Source: Hydrolagus affinis (Eukaryota). Taken from it: a DNA stretch of 64,000 nucleotides. Positions 11,746 to 24,479 of this stretch are shown here, in pieces (position 1 is the stretch's first letter; each line of letters starts with the position of its first letter). Location of the stretch: NCBI GenBank assembly GCA_012026655.1, contig JAAILG010001569.1:1-64000 (forward strand), read 5' to 3'. The notes beneath the pieces are model-generated. The model ran no database searches. It was not told where the DNA came from and was given only the letters and a program-made list of their open reading frames with translations. The position numbers and the translations under genes were made by a program.

Positions 11746-12563
11746 ACATAATAACAATGTCTCCTAAACAATGGTGATACGGACGTCCAATTTTATCTAA
11801 GGGATTTTTGCCCAGGACACCCGGAAAAATTCTCTGCTCTTTTTCAAACAATGCAGTGTTTTAAGCTTCACCTGAATAGATAAAACAGGACTTTGGTTTA
11901 ATGTCTCATCCAAAGGAAGGTACATCCAACAAAGCATGACAGTGTAGTGGATAATTTCCTTGGTGAATGGGAAGTCAAAATCCCAATATATTTCAAGATA
12001 GCCCAACATTTGCCTTGTTTATTCCAACCTCATAGTGTTTGCCATTGTGAGTCAATTCACATCTTCTAAATCCCTTTCAACTTCCCCCTTGGTGAGTTCT
12101 ACCCCATGGAGTACATATATCTCCCATTTCCATTTCATTTTATGCATTCAGCTTAGTTTAGTTATTTCCCTGAGGTTAATAGGACCCGAACATTTTTCTT
12201 CTAATTAATCCCATGAACGTTACTATGGTTGATTTGTAGTGTGCGTCACATGTCTGTGCAGTTTTATGATTTCACTATACACTGCTGTGAGGAGGGCAAG
12301 ATGTTAACAACATCTGAAAACATTTCAAATTAGATAATAGGATCTGAGTAGACTTTTGGCTGGTGTTAGATTGTTTCAACAGTAAATCTGTGGTATAATC
12401 ATTGATTTACTGCCAAACAGCGAACATAATGGGATCTAATATATTGATAGTTGTTCATGGATACCTAACGATACCTAAAGAATCTTTGTCACAGCCAGAA
12501 TTTAGATGAAATCAATTATATGAAGTATGCTGTGGTAATAAGGACATTAGTAGTAGTAGTAAT

Positions 12564-12928
12564 AATATTATTATTACTAATAATAATAATCCTTGCATAT
12601 CAGGTTTATGAGATGTCTCAAAGCGCTTTGCACAATATACTGTAAAGTGAATATATTTTGTGGATGAAATGTGGCAGTTAATTGTGCACATCCGTGTCCC
12701 AGAGATATTCGTGGATGACTGATCAATTATTTTTAAATGTTGAAGAATTATTACCCCAAAAAAATAATCATCCAAATGAATAACAACAGGATTCCTACTT
12801 ACTGCTGTGTAAGCAGAGGCATTTGGAGTAAGGAAACTTGCTCAACATCTAATTTCACCCTGCCGGGAATCAAACCCAGGTATCCAACTAGCAAGGTGAG
12901 TGCTCTAACCACTGAACTGCCAGACTCC
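12564..12928 (-). mobile_element. tRNA-derived SINE
   Basis: TAATAATCCTTGCAT tail; GTGCTCTAACCACTGAACTGCCAGACTCC head. Confidence 0.85.
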
Positions 12929-13494
12929 ACCAATCACATAGAGTTACAAGTTTCCTTACTTTTCAAAAGAAAATTATTTAGAAATTGTGAAAGCCCTGTA
13001 TTATTTTCTACTATTACTATATTTGTAATACTGAACCTTGGAATTCTTGAATTCTTAGATCCAATTGAAATAGTCAGGAAATAAATCATGGAGACTTTCA
13101 GCATATTTGATCTCATTCTACCAGTTTTCTAATCCTACCATGTTCACATTATAGTATCAGGCCATTTGAGAAATAATCCCAGTACAGTACTCTAATAGCA
13201 AACCACACCTGCCTGAAGCAGAGCTTTTTATTAAACAAGTAATTAAATGTTGAAAGGCAATTTTTGATTGTGTGGAACGTGTTCCCTTACCACTGTGATA
13301 TTCTGCAGTCTGAATAAGATAAGAAACTACTGTATATTCAGTCAGGCATGGAGTGAACCATTATTTACATACTCTGAACATGAGCAAAGAATGTCTAGAA
13401 GAGATCTGCCGAGGAAGAAGTGAGACATAGGAAGATCAACTACTTTAACATTGAAAATTGAGTAATATTGAGCAATCATTGCAAAAGAGCTAGA

Positions 13495-13900
13495 AAACAA
13501 GAGTAGGGAAGTCTTGCTGCAACTGTTTAGGGCCTTGGTGAGACCGCACTTAGAATATTGTGTGCAGTTTTGGTCTCCTTAGAAAGGACATGCTTGCCTT
13601 AGAGGGGGTGCAGCGTAGATTCACTAGGGTTGATTCCTGGGATGAGGGGATTGACCTATGAGGAAAGGTTGAGTAAACTAGACCTATAATCTCTAGAATA
13701 TAGAAGAATTAGAGGTGATCTTATAGAAACCTATAAGATTCTTAAGGGGCATTACAGAGTAGACAGAGGGAGACTGTTTCCCCTGATAGGAGAATCTATA
13801 ACTGGAGGGGTCACAGTTTTAAGATTAAGGGTCAGCCTTTTCGAACAGAGTTGAGGAAATACTTCTTCACTCAGAGGGTAATGAATTCATGGAATTCTCT
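13495..13900 (+). mobile_element. CR1 LINE ORF2 3' fragment
   Basis: Encodes LQLFRALVRPHLEYCVQFWSP then LEGVQRRFTR; TTCTTCACTCAGAGGGT..TGGAATTCTCT. Confidence 0.9.
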
Positions 13901-14139
13901 TATCATGTTGGGAAGGTGTCTCAATGTCCCTTACATGATATAATGTAAAATAGTTTCCCTGTATGTATTTTGTTGATGGACATGGCAGCCAATATCTAAG
14001 TGAAAGTTGCTGTCATTTTTGATAATTGATCAACTAGTAGAGTCTTTCCCTATAAGGTGACAGTGCCTAACATGATGGAAGTGCAACATCAGTCTTGCAA
14101 GATTTGAAATAATTTTATCTTGAGTTCTCAAATGCATTC

Positions 14140-14650
14140 CTCAGTGGTCTCCACTTCCAACAAACCTCCATCCAGAACAAAGTTCAGTTTATTACAAAAC
14201 TCCACCCACCATATTTTCACCTTCACCAAATTCCACACACCCATCACCCCAATCTTTACCAAACTGCAACAGCTCCTGGGCTCCAAATAGCTTGACGTGA
14301 AGATTTTTCACCATCACAATTAAATCCCTTCATGGGATTTAACACGCACTTCCAGACTTGTATTTCATTTTTCTGTTTGCCCTGTTTGCTCAGCTTTAAG
14401 AAGCCTATCTCCCGACCCTCAATGCTGCATCTCTCAAAGGCGTTGCCTCTCTAATCTTTGGAACTTGCTGCCATGGTCCCTTTGCTTCTCTCCCCATTTA
14501 TCTTTAAATCTTGTTTGAAAATCATCTCTTCATCTGTGCCTGCATTCACCTTTCCCTTCTCTCTTGCTCGGCGTCCAACCCCACCAGCATTCCGAGATGT
14601 TATTTTTTGTGAAGGCCACTAGATAAATGAAAGCAGTCGTTCTTGTTGTC
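14140..14650 (+). mobile_element. L2 LINE 3' fragment, degraded
   Basis: CCATCCAGAAC..CCCATCACCCC..TGTGAAGGCCACTAGATAAATGAAAG end. Confidence 0.65.
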
Positions 14651-15174
14651 TGGGTAACTGCTGCCAATATTTGTATATGTTTGCACTGTCAAGCTAAAAG
14701 AAGACAGGTTTTGCACCGCATATCAGCATCAAGTCAACCCTGAAAACACCAGCTGGATGCAATTCAGGGCTCCCATCACAAAACCTTAACATTCTGCCTC
14801 AATCTCCCATCTCAGTCGTGCAGAACCACAGTGCTAACTGCGTCCAGTTTAGAAGCTGAAATTAGATCAAACAGATTAAGCTCAACAGAAAATAGAATGG
14901 AAGTGAAAGGAAGAAAAGATGTTTGCTGCTTTAAAAAATAAACCTTTCACAAATAAAAATGTAACCAGTAGCACCCTGGAATTCTGCAAATACAGTTCAG
15001 TTACACTTAGCAATCTTAGTTATTTAAATTATTGCAAGCAGTAAATTTGTGACATCGCAGCTACACAATTGTACCTGTGTTTTCAATATCTTTGGACCAA
15101 TTCTTCCCAGAGCAAGTTATGGTTTTTGAGTTAGAATAGAGTTCTAGACACTGGAGTGACAATCAGGTAAAACA

Positions 15175-15565
15175 GTGTGTCAATTTAGCTCTGTTGCTGG
15201 TACTTTTACCTCTGAGTCATAAGGTTGTAGGCTCAAGCACCATGTCAGGACTTTGAAATCTTATCTAGTCTGAATGCTGTGTTATGTGAGGTGCTGTCAT
15301 TTGGATGAGATGGATGCTTACCTGATGTTGAAAACATAACTGCACTATTCAAAAAGAAAATGGAGTTTATCCCATTATCCCGGCCTACAATCCCCCAAAT
15401 AAAATTGGTTATTCACTTTGTAGCTGTTTGTGGGTCATTGCTGCATGCAAATTGTCTACTGCATGTCCGTACAAAATACTCAATAACTATAATTTATAGT
15501 AGATCCCAGGAAGCACTTTAAGACGTCTCAACAAAGGGATGAGGCAGTATACCAAGGATTATTAG
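15175..15565 (+). mobile_element. Older DeuSINE (SacSINE1-like)
   Basis: TGGTACTTTTACCTCTGAGTCATAAGGTTGTAGGCTCAAG head; GCTGTTTGTGGG..TTGCTG Deu core. Confidence 0.75.
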
Positions 15566-16029
15566 CAAGGATTCTAAATTCTGAATAAAACATTTGTAAA
15601 AAATGTGGTTTATTTCAAGTGATTATAAAATTATGCCCTCCTGATATGTTATACCAAATGGAAGGATTACTAAGACAAAGTCAGTTTATTGGTCAGTATT
15701 ATCACGGTATACACAACACTAAACAAAATGGTAACTTTTACAGTCACAAAGCCTTATCATATTGTGAGAATGTCAAAAACTCCTTGACAATTCTGGCCTA
15801 GCACAAAATCTGAGGATGGGAGCCAGATTGGGAAAAACACAGTCAAAGAATCACTCAAAAAATACACAGTTAATCTACATTACAACAACAACAACAACTT
15901 GGAATTATATAGCGCCCTCCAAGCAGGACGGCATCTCAGAGCACTTACATTACAGTAGATCCTGTGAAATTATGAGATGTGGAAGGTGCTATGTTAAATG
16001 CAAGGATTGTTATTAATATTTAAATCAAA

Positions 16030-16325
16030 TTATTATTATAATCCCTGGATTAGCTTTAACACTTTTTACATTGTCAAGAGGTCTCAAAGTGCTTCAACAA
16101 ATATACTGCAAAATGGATTGATTATGTATTTTCTGGGAGTAGTGTGACAGACTATTTATGAACATCAATGTCCCACACATAGCCGTTGAGTGATCAATTT
16201 CTATTTGTGGGATTTATTGGCCAGAACACCGGGAGAAACTCTGCTCTCTTTTTGAATTGTACCATGGGATTTTAACGTCCACCTCAATAAGCGGAGAGGA
16301 CCTTGATTTAGCATCTCACAACAAT
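16030..16325 (-). mobile_element. Older DeuSINE fragment
   Basis: TTGGCCAGAACACCGGGAGAAACTCTGCTCT..CCATGGGATTTTAACGTCCACC. Confidence 0.7.
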
Positions 16326-17869
16326 GTTGTGTTTTTTTTTCCCCATTTGGCCTTAAAATGCCTGTACATTATTCTCCTGCCAGAGCCAACTAACATGTGG
16401 ATTATGTTACTGAACATAACTTCTGACACTTTTCCTAAATCCATGATTGCATGTATTGAAAATTTGTTGTTATCATCTTTCAAGCATACACAAGCATAAG
16501 AAATTTTACGTCCAACTGTACCTGCACACATTTCACCGGCATAGGAATATTTTTCACTTTTAATTTTAGATAGTGTTTCTCCAGCTGTCAGATGGACAAA
16601 GGAAGTAAAGACCATAAGAGTAGCCATCCATAGAAAAACTAAATTGCTTGGGAGTACGTATGTTTAACGCTAACTAACTGATATTCTAAATATAACCATT
16701 TCTTGAATCAGCTGGGAAATGAACACTGGATTCTTGTAAAATTTAAACACATCCAATGTTGTTTTGCTGGTAAACTAAATAATGACAATTGGGACCTGGT
16801 GGAAACTGCACACAAACAATACAACCACTCCCAATTGAACTATTTCAAATCATTTACTTTTTTTGGGAGAACTATCAACAGCTATTAGAGATCAGAAAGT
16901 TGTCTCTCTTCCCTCTGGGATGAAGTTTAACTGCAGAACATTTAACTGCATAACTGCAGTATCATACGCATAATGTTAAAAGGAATTTGTCTTTGCAGCA
17001 AAATGCAAACAAAATACTCTAGTTATGTCCCTACTGGTAATATGTATTTTAAATGGAGGTGAAACTGTATACAGGTGTATCTAATTAGCAGGAATATGCT
17101 GAAGAATTCATTATTTTAGAATTTTGTTCATCTGGTTCACATTGTTATACTCTTACCACTGAAAATTGAGGTTCAAGATCAGCAAATGGGACTCTCAAGT
17201 CTCAGTCTAGCCCAGTGATTCCCAAATAAATTTTCACAGTATGCATCTAAAAACACACAGATAATCACTGAGGCTACATGTGAGAAATGCTGGTTCAGCA
17301 TTGACACTTCAATACAGTGTTGACCAGAGTGCTGCATAATTGGAGACTCACACACTTGTTGATTGCATGTTAAAGATCCCATGAAGGAAAAGAGAAGAGA
17401 GTTACTATACCAAAATAGTTTGTATTTTCAATTGAAAAAAGACACAGCCACCATTCTTTAAAATAAATCCTTTGCAGCATTTTGAAAATATTGTCCCAAG
17501 ATCAAATACAAAGAATGTTGTTTTTATTATTATTGTCAAGAAACTCAGTCAATCTACTTTACACTACACTATATATATGAAGTGCTTTGAAACATCTTAA
17601 CGATATGATAAGGTGTTATATCAAATGGAAAGAATATTAACATATTATTAATAAAATGTTCTGTAAATTAGACCTCCATTTCATATGTTTAAAATAGCAT
17701 TGTTCAGACCTTACTCATGAGATGATGCTTCAACAACAAAAATAAAAAAAAGATTTGCAATACATTTCAATACCTACTTTTATGCTCTTTATGTGGATAT
17801 GTTATTACCGCTTGCTGAGTATCTATATATGTTTGTGGAATTTTAATAAGGTGAAATTCAAATGAATCA

Positions 17870-18220
17870 CTTTGATGGGAAAAATAAGAAAGATGACAAT
17901 ATCTTGAATGATAGGAACCTGAGAGAGGGAAGGAAAAAATGGATCTAGGGATTCAGCCTCACATGACTCTAAAAGTAGGAATAGAGGATCAAAGTATAGC
18001 AGTGGTGTTCAATTTATATAGAATCTTGATCAGACTAAATTTGGAGGACTATCTTCATCTCTGGAAAACATATAGCAGGAATGATATTGTAGCCTTGATT
18101 TACAATGATATTACAGTACTAGGGATGGGTACAAGCTGATAATAAGAAATATAGGTGGGTTGGAGCTTTTCTCTCTAGAGTTGAGACAATTGAGAAGGGA
18201 CATATAAGAAATGTTCAACT
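17870..18220 (+). mobile_element. CR1 LINE fragment, degraded
   Basis: GGATCTAGGGATT, TTATATAGAATCTTGATCAGACTAAATTTGGAG (LYRILIRLNLE, like LYxxLVRPHLE). Confidence 0.6.
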
Positions 18221-18235
18221 GAGCTGAGCTAATAT

Positions 18236-18420
18236 CAACATCAACAACAACAAAGTTGTACTTATAAAGTGTCTTTCACATCGGGAGGACGTCCCAAAGC
18301 GCTGAACAGTCAGGTTGGGACCCGAGCGGTGGGGAGGGTCGGGGTAGAGGGAGGGTCAGGGTAGAGGGAAGGAGAGGGGAATAGTTAGTGGGGGAACCAA
18401 AGGCACAGTCAAAGAGGACA
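18236..18420 (-). mobile_element. L2 LINE 3' end
   Basis: (CAA)n, CTTTCACATCGGGAGGACGTCCCAAAGCGC, G-rich tract. Confidence 0.85.
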
Positions 18421-19284
18421 AAGGATGGGACAAAGAGGCATCTGAACCAGCGAGTGACTGGTCTGTAGGCAGCAGCTGTAACTGTTATAGCATTGGGGCT
18501 GCCACACATCCTGAACTGACTATTTGATGAATATGTCGCTGGTTGTCAATTTGAGTCGTGTACATCAATCAATCAAATGTTTGTTACTATGATTTAATTA
18601 CTACCGAAAAGTATTCCATCACCCAACAGATTTTCTGCTTTGAATAATTGATATATCATTATGTGTGAACTATTAATTGTTTATGTTAGTAATTTTTTAT
18701 GCTTTACCCAAAGTCAAAATCATCTGGATTCTTCATGCTGATTTACTCCAGAGCAATAAATAATTAGTAATTTATTCATTTTTAAAAAAATTGTAATTAA
18801 TAATAATTCTTGCATTTTATATACTACCTTTCAGATCAGGAGGACATGTCAAAGCACATCACAAGATGCTCTGAAAAGTGTAGTAACTCTGTAGTTTTAG
18901 AGGAGAATGGCCATTTGTTAGGAAAAAAAGTGTGGAAGAGAGTTTAATAGCCTAAAATGTAGGTAGTAACATGGTATATTTTTATAAGACTGTTGGGATT
19001 TCCGATCCTGAGGATTCAAAATATGACCCGACAATCCAAATTGGTGCAGTCAAAATTTATTAAATTAAGCAAGATTAACATACAATTAAAAGGTATATAA
19101 TCAAGACCATACTACCAGTGCTAGTGTACACGTCTAGTCTCGGCAGTCTCGGCTTTCGGCAAATCTCCTCATTACTTCTCACTTTACTTCTAACTTTCCT
19201 TCTAACTTTTCTTCTCTAACTGACCCTTCCCTGCCTGTAAAACAGAACAACTAGAAACATGCTATCCATTCCAGTAGTTCTGGA

Positions 19285-19640
19285 ATTCAGGATCCTCGTC
19301 CTCACTTTCAAGGCCATTCACGGCCTTGCCCCCACCTATCTCTCTGACCTACTGTCTCGCTATCAGCTTGCCCGCACCCACCGTTCAGCAGACTCAGGCT
19401 GCTCTGCGTCAACCGCCATNNNNNNNNNNNNNNNNNNNNNNNNNNNNNNNNNNNNNNNNNNNNNNNNNNNNNNNNNNNNNNNNNNNNNNNNNNNNNNNNN
19501 NNNNNNNNNNNNNNNNNNNCCTTCCCCCCACATCGACCCTCCCCCCACCCCCCCTCCGAACTGACTGTTCAGCACTGTGGGACGTCCTCCTGATGTGAAA
19601 GGCGCAATTTTGTGCAATTTTGTGCAATATTGTTGTTGTT
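19285..19640 (+). mobile_element. 5'-truncated L2 nested in the solo LTR
   Basis: FRILVLTFKAIHGLAPTYLSDLL; (TTG)n tail; TSD GTTCTGGA at 19277-19284 and 19641-19648. Confidence 0.9.
19420..19519. other. Assembly gap (100 N)
   Basis: Run of N. Confidence 1.
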
Positions 19641-20504
19641 GTTCTGGACAACAGTGGCAGGCTGGAGATCTCGGTTTCCACCTTGAGACACTCCCCAACT
19701 TGTGATGAGCCATTCTTTCACTACTATCTTTATACTTCTCCACCAGCCTCATCATAACTAATTCAGCCAGTTGATCACTTGGACATTGTCTAGAAGGGAT
19801 GTCAAGAAACCAGACAATCTAAAGGCCAGGGTTGCAGGGAGTTGTTATTCAAATCCTCCCTCCCATTATCTTATCCACCCGGCCTGTACTCGCCTCCCTA
19901 CTTTTCCCAGATCTTGAGATGGCTCTCCTGCTACTCATTTGGCAATTTCCCCCAAACTGTGTCTAGTTATACCCTCTTTCTAGCCTGAAGCCCCCTCCAT
20001 AATACTCATTCTGTACGTATTATTTCTGATTAATGATTGGCCTGGTGCTTGGTTGGCTAGTATTGATAAGCTCTTCTTCTTTTACCCTGCCTCATATATA
20101 TTGAACCTCCCCAATATCCTCCCGAGTGAACCAGATCATTAGTACATTCCTGTACCTTTGTTAATTGAGTTTTCTGTCTTGATCTACATCTCAAGCCCGG
20201 TCTCCTTCAATTCTTTATTCATCCTAGAAACTCCTGATGTTATTGCGCTCCTTGGATTATTGACACGGACCAGTACCCAAGGTTGTCTCAGCGCAGCGGA
20301 ATGTGCATCTGGTGTTTTGTGTAGATAAATTGTTTCTCTTTATTTTGCTCAATTTGCTGACAATGCCTGTGTTGTGGATAGATTGTTTTAATTGGTGCCT
20401 GATTGGAACTAACTATAATTAATTTTTAATATATCCATATTGCAACAAGACATAGATTAAATTCCATTTGAACACGAGATAATATTGTATCCAATAGCAG
20501 CTTC

Positions 20505-21560
20505 CTAGAATCAAAGAATAATACAGCATAGGAGGAAGCCATTTGATCTATCATGCCTTGCTGACTCTTTAGAATAATAAATAATAATCTTTGCATTTTG
20601 ATATAACGCTTTTCACATCTTCCAGACATATCAAAGCGCTTTACAGAATATACTGTAAAGTGAATTGACTGTATACTTGTGGGCGAAATGCGGCAGCCAA
20701 TTGTGCACAACAGTATCCCATAACAGTCGTAGATTGAAATGACCAATTCAAAAAAAAATTTGAGGGATTATTATTAGGCATGTGGAGTAAGGAAACTTGC
20801 CCAAGGTTTCACCCTGACTTGCCTGATTCGAACACAGGTGCCCCACTTGTAAGGCGAGTGCCCCAACCACTGAGCTACAGGACTCCCTCTAGAAGAGTGA
20901 TCCCATCAGTCCCATTCCCTCCACTGCCACTTTTTTCAGTCAATTCGCTTTACAGTATATTCTGTGCAGTGCTTCAAGATGCCTCAATAACATAATAAGG
21001 TCCTATACTAAATACAAGTACAGTATTATTTTTAGATCCTTGCAATGTTTGGGGGACTTTTCAAGTACCTATCCAATCCCCTTTTGAAAGTTGTTATTGA
21101 ATCTGTTTCCACCACCCTTTCAGGCAATGCATTCTGGATGGTACCAACTACCAACTCCTCATAATTTTGAACACCTCTATTAAATGTCCAATTAACCTTC
21201 TTTGCTCTAAGAAGAACAATCCCAGCTTCTCGCGTCACTTCACGTAACTAAATTCTCTCATCTCTGGTACCATTCTGGTAAATTGTCTCTGCATCAACCC
21301 TAAAAAAATTGATATTCTTCCTAAAATTTGGTATGCCAAATTGGGCACAATAATCCAATTGAGGCCTCATCAGTGACTTATTAAAGGTTTGGCATAACCA
21401 CATTGCTTTTGTACTCTTTCGCTCTATTTATAAAGACAAGGATCCCATATGCAACTTTAGGAGTTCTAATAACCTGTCCTGCCACCATCAAAGAGCTGTG
21501 TATGTGAATTCACAGAGCTCTCTGCACCTGAATCCCCTTTAAAACTGTATCATTTGCGCT
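20505..21560 (-). mobile_element. CR1 LINE 3' portion interrupted by a SINE
   Basis: TAGAATCAAAGAAT tail, GCCATTTGATCTATCATG; ORF 21032-21238 NALPERVVETDSITTFKRGLDRYL. Confidence 0.85.
20573..20886 (-). mobile_element. tRNA-derived SINE, young full-length copy
   Basis: CpG-retaining copy; AACCACTGAGCTACAGGACTCC head; GATTCGAAC B box; TAATAATCTTTGCAT tail. Confidence 0.92.
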
Positions 21561-21719
21561 CCTACGATATCCTCTCAACACACATATCTTTGTCAGACTG
21601 TTGAAAGGTCTAAAAACTTTGCTGATCTATTAATTTTGAGTTGTGTTTGTGAAGGGAAAAAAATGCTACTTTTATATAGAATATTTGCTGTAAGTCTCTA
21701 ATTAATTCCACTCATAGTT

Positions 21720-21890
21720 GTAATAATACTCGTTGCATTTGATATAGCTCTTTTCACATCTTCTAGATGTTTCAAAGTTCATCACAGAATATACTGTAAA
21801 GTGAATTGACTGTGTATATGTGGGAAAGACGTGGCAGCCAATTGCACACGGCAGTCACAGAAACTGTTGTGGACTGAAATAACCAATTTT
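21720..21890 (-). mobile_element. SINE 3' half
   Basis: TAATAATACTCGTTGCATTTGATATAG..AAAGTGAATTGACTG. Confidence 0.8.
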
Positions 21891-22952
21891 GAAAAATGTC
21901 ATGTTTTGTAATGTTTCACCTGCACAGATGAACAGGCAAAGTCATGGTAACTTATTTTTGCAACTTCTGATGAAGTGGTCTAAGCAAGTCAAGAACAAAT
22001 ATATATTTTTAAATAGTCATCACACTGTTTATAGCACAACAGACTATATATTGCTGTTGATTTTAATGCCAGTGATTTTAAAAGGGTCTCTTTAGGATCT
22101 CTCTCGAAAGAGATTCTATGTAAATCACTCGCATACAAATCCACTGAGTATGTAAAACCATTTAATCTTCTAGTTGAAATCACGCAAAATAGTGTAAATA
22201 CTTTATTTTAATGTTAATTGGAAGGCATTTTTGATCAGTCCTTAAAAATCATAGTCTTCCAAAGTAAGACTGAATTTAAGAATTTTCCGCACTTTTTTAT
22301 GATCTTAGAATCCAGCACAAAAAGGCCTAACAGGCTATGACTGAGTGCAATTTGAATAAATATAGTAAAACAGTAATTCTTTAATTCCTGCTTTTTTATT
22401 GTCCTTTTTGTAAAAAGAGATCAGTTTATCATCCAACTGATGATCAGATTTTTGGAGGAATTGAACAGTTGAGTTTCTCAACTCGATGAGTTGCATGAAC
22501 ATGAGTAGAGATTGTCCTCAGCCCAGTGCCGTAGTGATTTTAAATTGTTGATATGTTAGTATGTGTCCTTTGCCCTGTGACTCAGTAAACTGAATTTTAT
22601 CTGATTCCCCAAAAGAGTCATTATCAAACACTATTTATTAAAAAAAGACTAAAATCAGAATGCCGCAGGCTAGAATCACAAAAGATTTAATTTGTGAAAT
22701 TTGTAAAAGGATTTATAAGTAAATCCTGAAGGTACTTGATATGACGAACACTGACCCACTGGCACTTCACTTGGGTGCCATTCTCAGAGATGTCTTCTAG
22801 AAAAACAGATAATGGCTCAAAGAGGCTTCTCAAGCTTGGCAGGAGATTATCATCAATCATGTTCTGAGTGGAATTCCAAAGAGTTGCCGTCCATCATATC
22901 TGGGTACCTGAAGGATTTCAATCCTTTTGTTCCTCTCATAAATTAGACCCCA

Positions 22953-23038
22953 TTGTCTGCAGTAATGTTATTGCCTGTGATTATGTTATTGTCTGAGTTA
23001 AAGTTACTGTCTGTAGTAATGTTATTGTCTGTGATAAT
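22953..23038 (+). repeat. 18-bp minisatellite, ~4.8 units
   Basis: TTGTCTGCAGTAATGTTA / TTGCCTGTGATTATGTTA / TTGTCTGAGTTAAAGTTA / CTGTCTGTAGTAATGTTA / TTGTCTGTGATAAT. Confidence 0.85.
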
Positions 23039-23051
23039 TGACAACAGGAAT

Positions 23052-23646
23052 TAATAATAATAATCCTTGCATCTTCTTGATGTCTCAAAGCACTTCACCG
23101 AATATACTGTAAAGTGAATTGACTGTATATGTGGGTGAAATGTGGCAGCCAATTGCGCAGATCAGGTTCCCACAAGCAGTGGTGGATTGAGTGACCACAT
23201 TTTTTTTGAGGGATTATTATCAGTTTTATGGAATACGGAAACTTGCCCAAGATTTTGCCCTCTGCTTGGAATAGAACCCAGGTCTCTCGGCCTGCTCCAA
23301 GCCCCCTGCCTGAACCGCCCCACCATCGGAGGCCGGGCCTTCAGTTTCTCCGCTCCCACCCTGTGGAATTCCATCCCCCAATCCCTCCGCCTTGTTTCTT
23401 CCCTTTCCTCTTTCAAAGCCAGTTTGAAGACTTTCCTCTTCGACCTTGCCTTTTGTTCCCCCCCGAACTTTTCGATCTCCCCTACGTGTTTCACCCCTTC
23501 CCGAACACTCCCCTCCCAGCTCGGGTCACACGCCTCCTGTGCAGCGCCTTGAGACGTCCTCCCGACGTGAATGGCGCTTTATAAGTTTAAGTTGTTGTTA
23601 TTTTTGTTGTAAGGCGTGTGCTCTAACCAATGAGTTAATGGACTCG
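23052..23646 (-). mobile_element. tRNA-derived SINE split by an L2 insertion
   Basis: Body 23052-23288; head resumes at TTGTAAGGCGTGTGCTCTAACC (~23607-23646). Confidence 0.85.
23289..23610 (+). mobile_element. Young L2 3' end
   Basis: PTIGGRAFSFSAPTLWNSIPQSLR..LSSFKASLKTFLF; highly similar to 40334-40652. Confidence 0.92.
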
Positions 23647-24479
23647 CAATAAACCTGATGACCAAACCGCTAGTAATTGCAGTAAGTGGTTTAAACCGGC
23701 AAGAGGGACCTCCACATTACAAGTGGATTTAATATAAACATTAGCATCCTGACGATTTTTCAGAATGGAGACGGTGAGATATTACTCCAGCTACTGGGAA
23801 AATAAATGGGCAATTTGGATATAATTACAGCAATTGCATTTTCTAGCGGAAATAAAACTCAGTTTGAAGAGCACGGTGGTACACGCTGACTAAACCAGCA
23901 GCTAAACCAATTACTGGAGTAGCCTTGATAAAACCAAGCCACCCAGTACTTTACAAATTAAACACCAATTTACTTCACTGCTGCTATAAATTACAATTAA
24001 AAATAGGTTTGAAAGAATACTCTAGGGAAAGATTACAAACCAATTTTTTGTGAGTCTCAATCTAATTTGAGTCACTTCATTAGCTGAGTTAAACCTATCT
24101 GAGTGAGTTTCTTTCTTTCTCCTATGTGTTATCTCATCTTCACATTACCTGCAGGTGTTATAGGTCCATACTGGAAGAGACAACTCCATTGGCTCATGTA
24201 TTGTCCTCTCTATATATGCCACTGGGAGAGGCTATTTCCTCAAGATGCCCATTGATCTTCAGGAACATGGAACGGGAGCAAAGAACTGGAGCACTTCTGA
24301 TGCTACTGAATCCCTTTGTGATGGTCATAATGTAACCATTCTGCAAGAATATGTTTGCAGCTTGTCAACCAAATTATCTCCACAACAGCACTAGTCACTC
24401 AAAGGAAGTGCTCTTGTTTCGTACATGAGAGCATCATATTTCAGACCCAGCTCACATCATCTCAGGCAAATATTTTCCT

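Larger units (their letters stand above)
18991..20447 (-). mobile_element. Solo LTR (ERV/gypsy type), ~1.1 kb excluding the nested L2
   Basis: Termini TGTTG (18991) ... CAACA (20447). 4-bp TSD AGAC at 18987-18990 and 20448-20451. Minus-strand TATAAA (19729-19734) lies upstream of minus-strand AATAAA (19056-19061). Confidence 0.75.

Noticed and set aside
16316-16627. 103-aa minus-strand ORF with a hydrophobic N-terminus
   Set aside because: No recognisable domain, weak splice signals, and it runs into a SINE.
24150-24345. Segment bounded by good splice-like signals on the minus strand (TTGCAG .. CAG|GTAATG)
   Set aside because: All three minus-strand frames contain stops; the plus-strand ORF has no recognisable homology.
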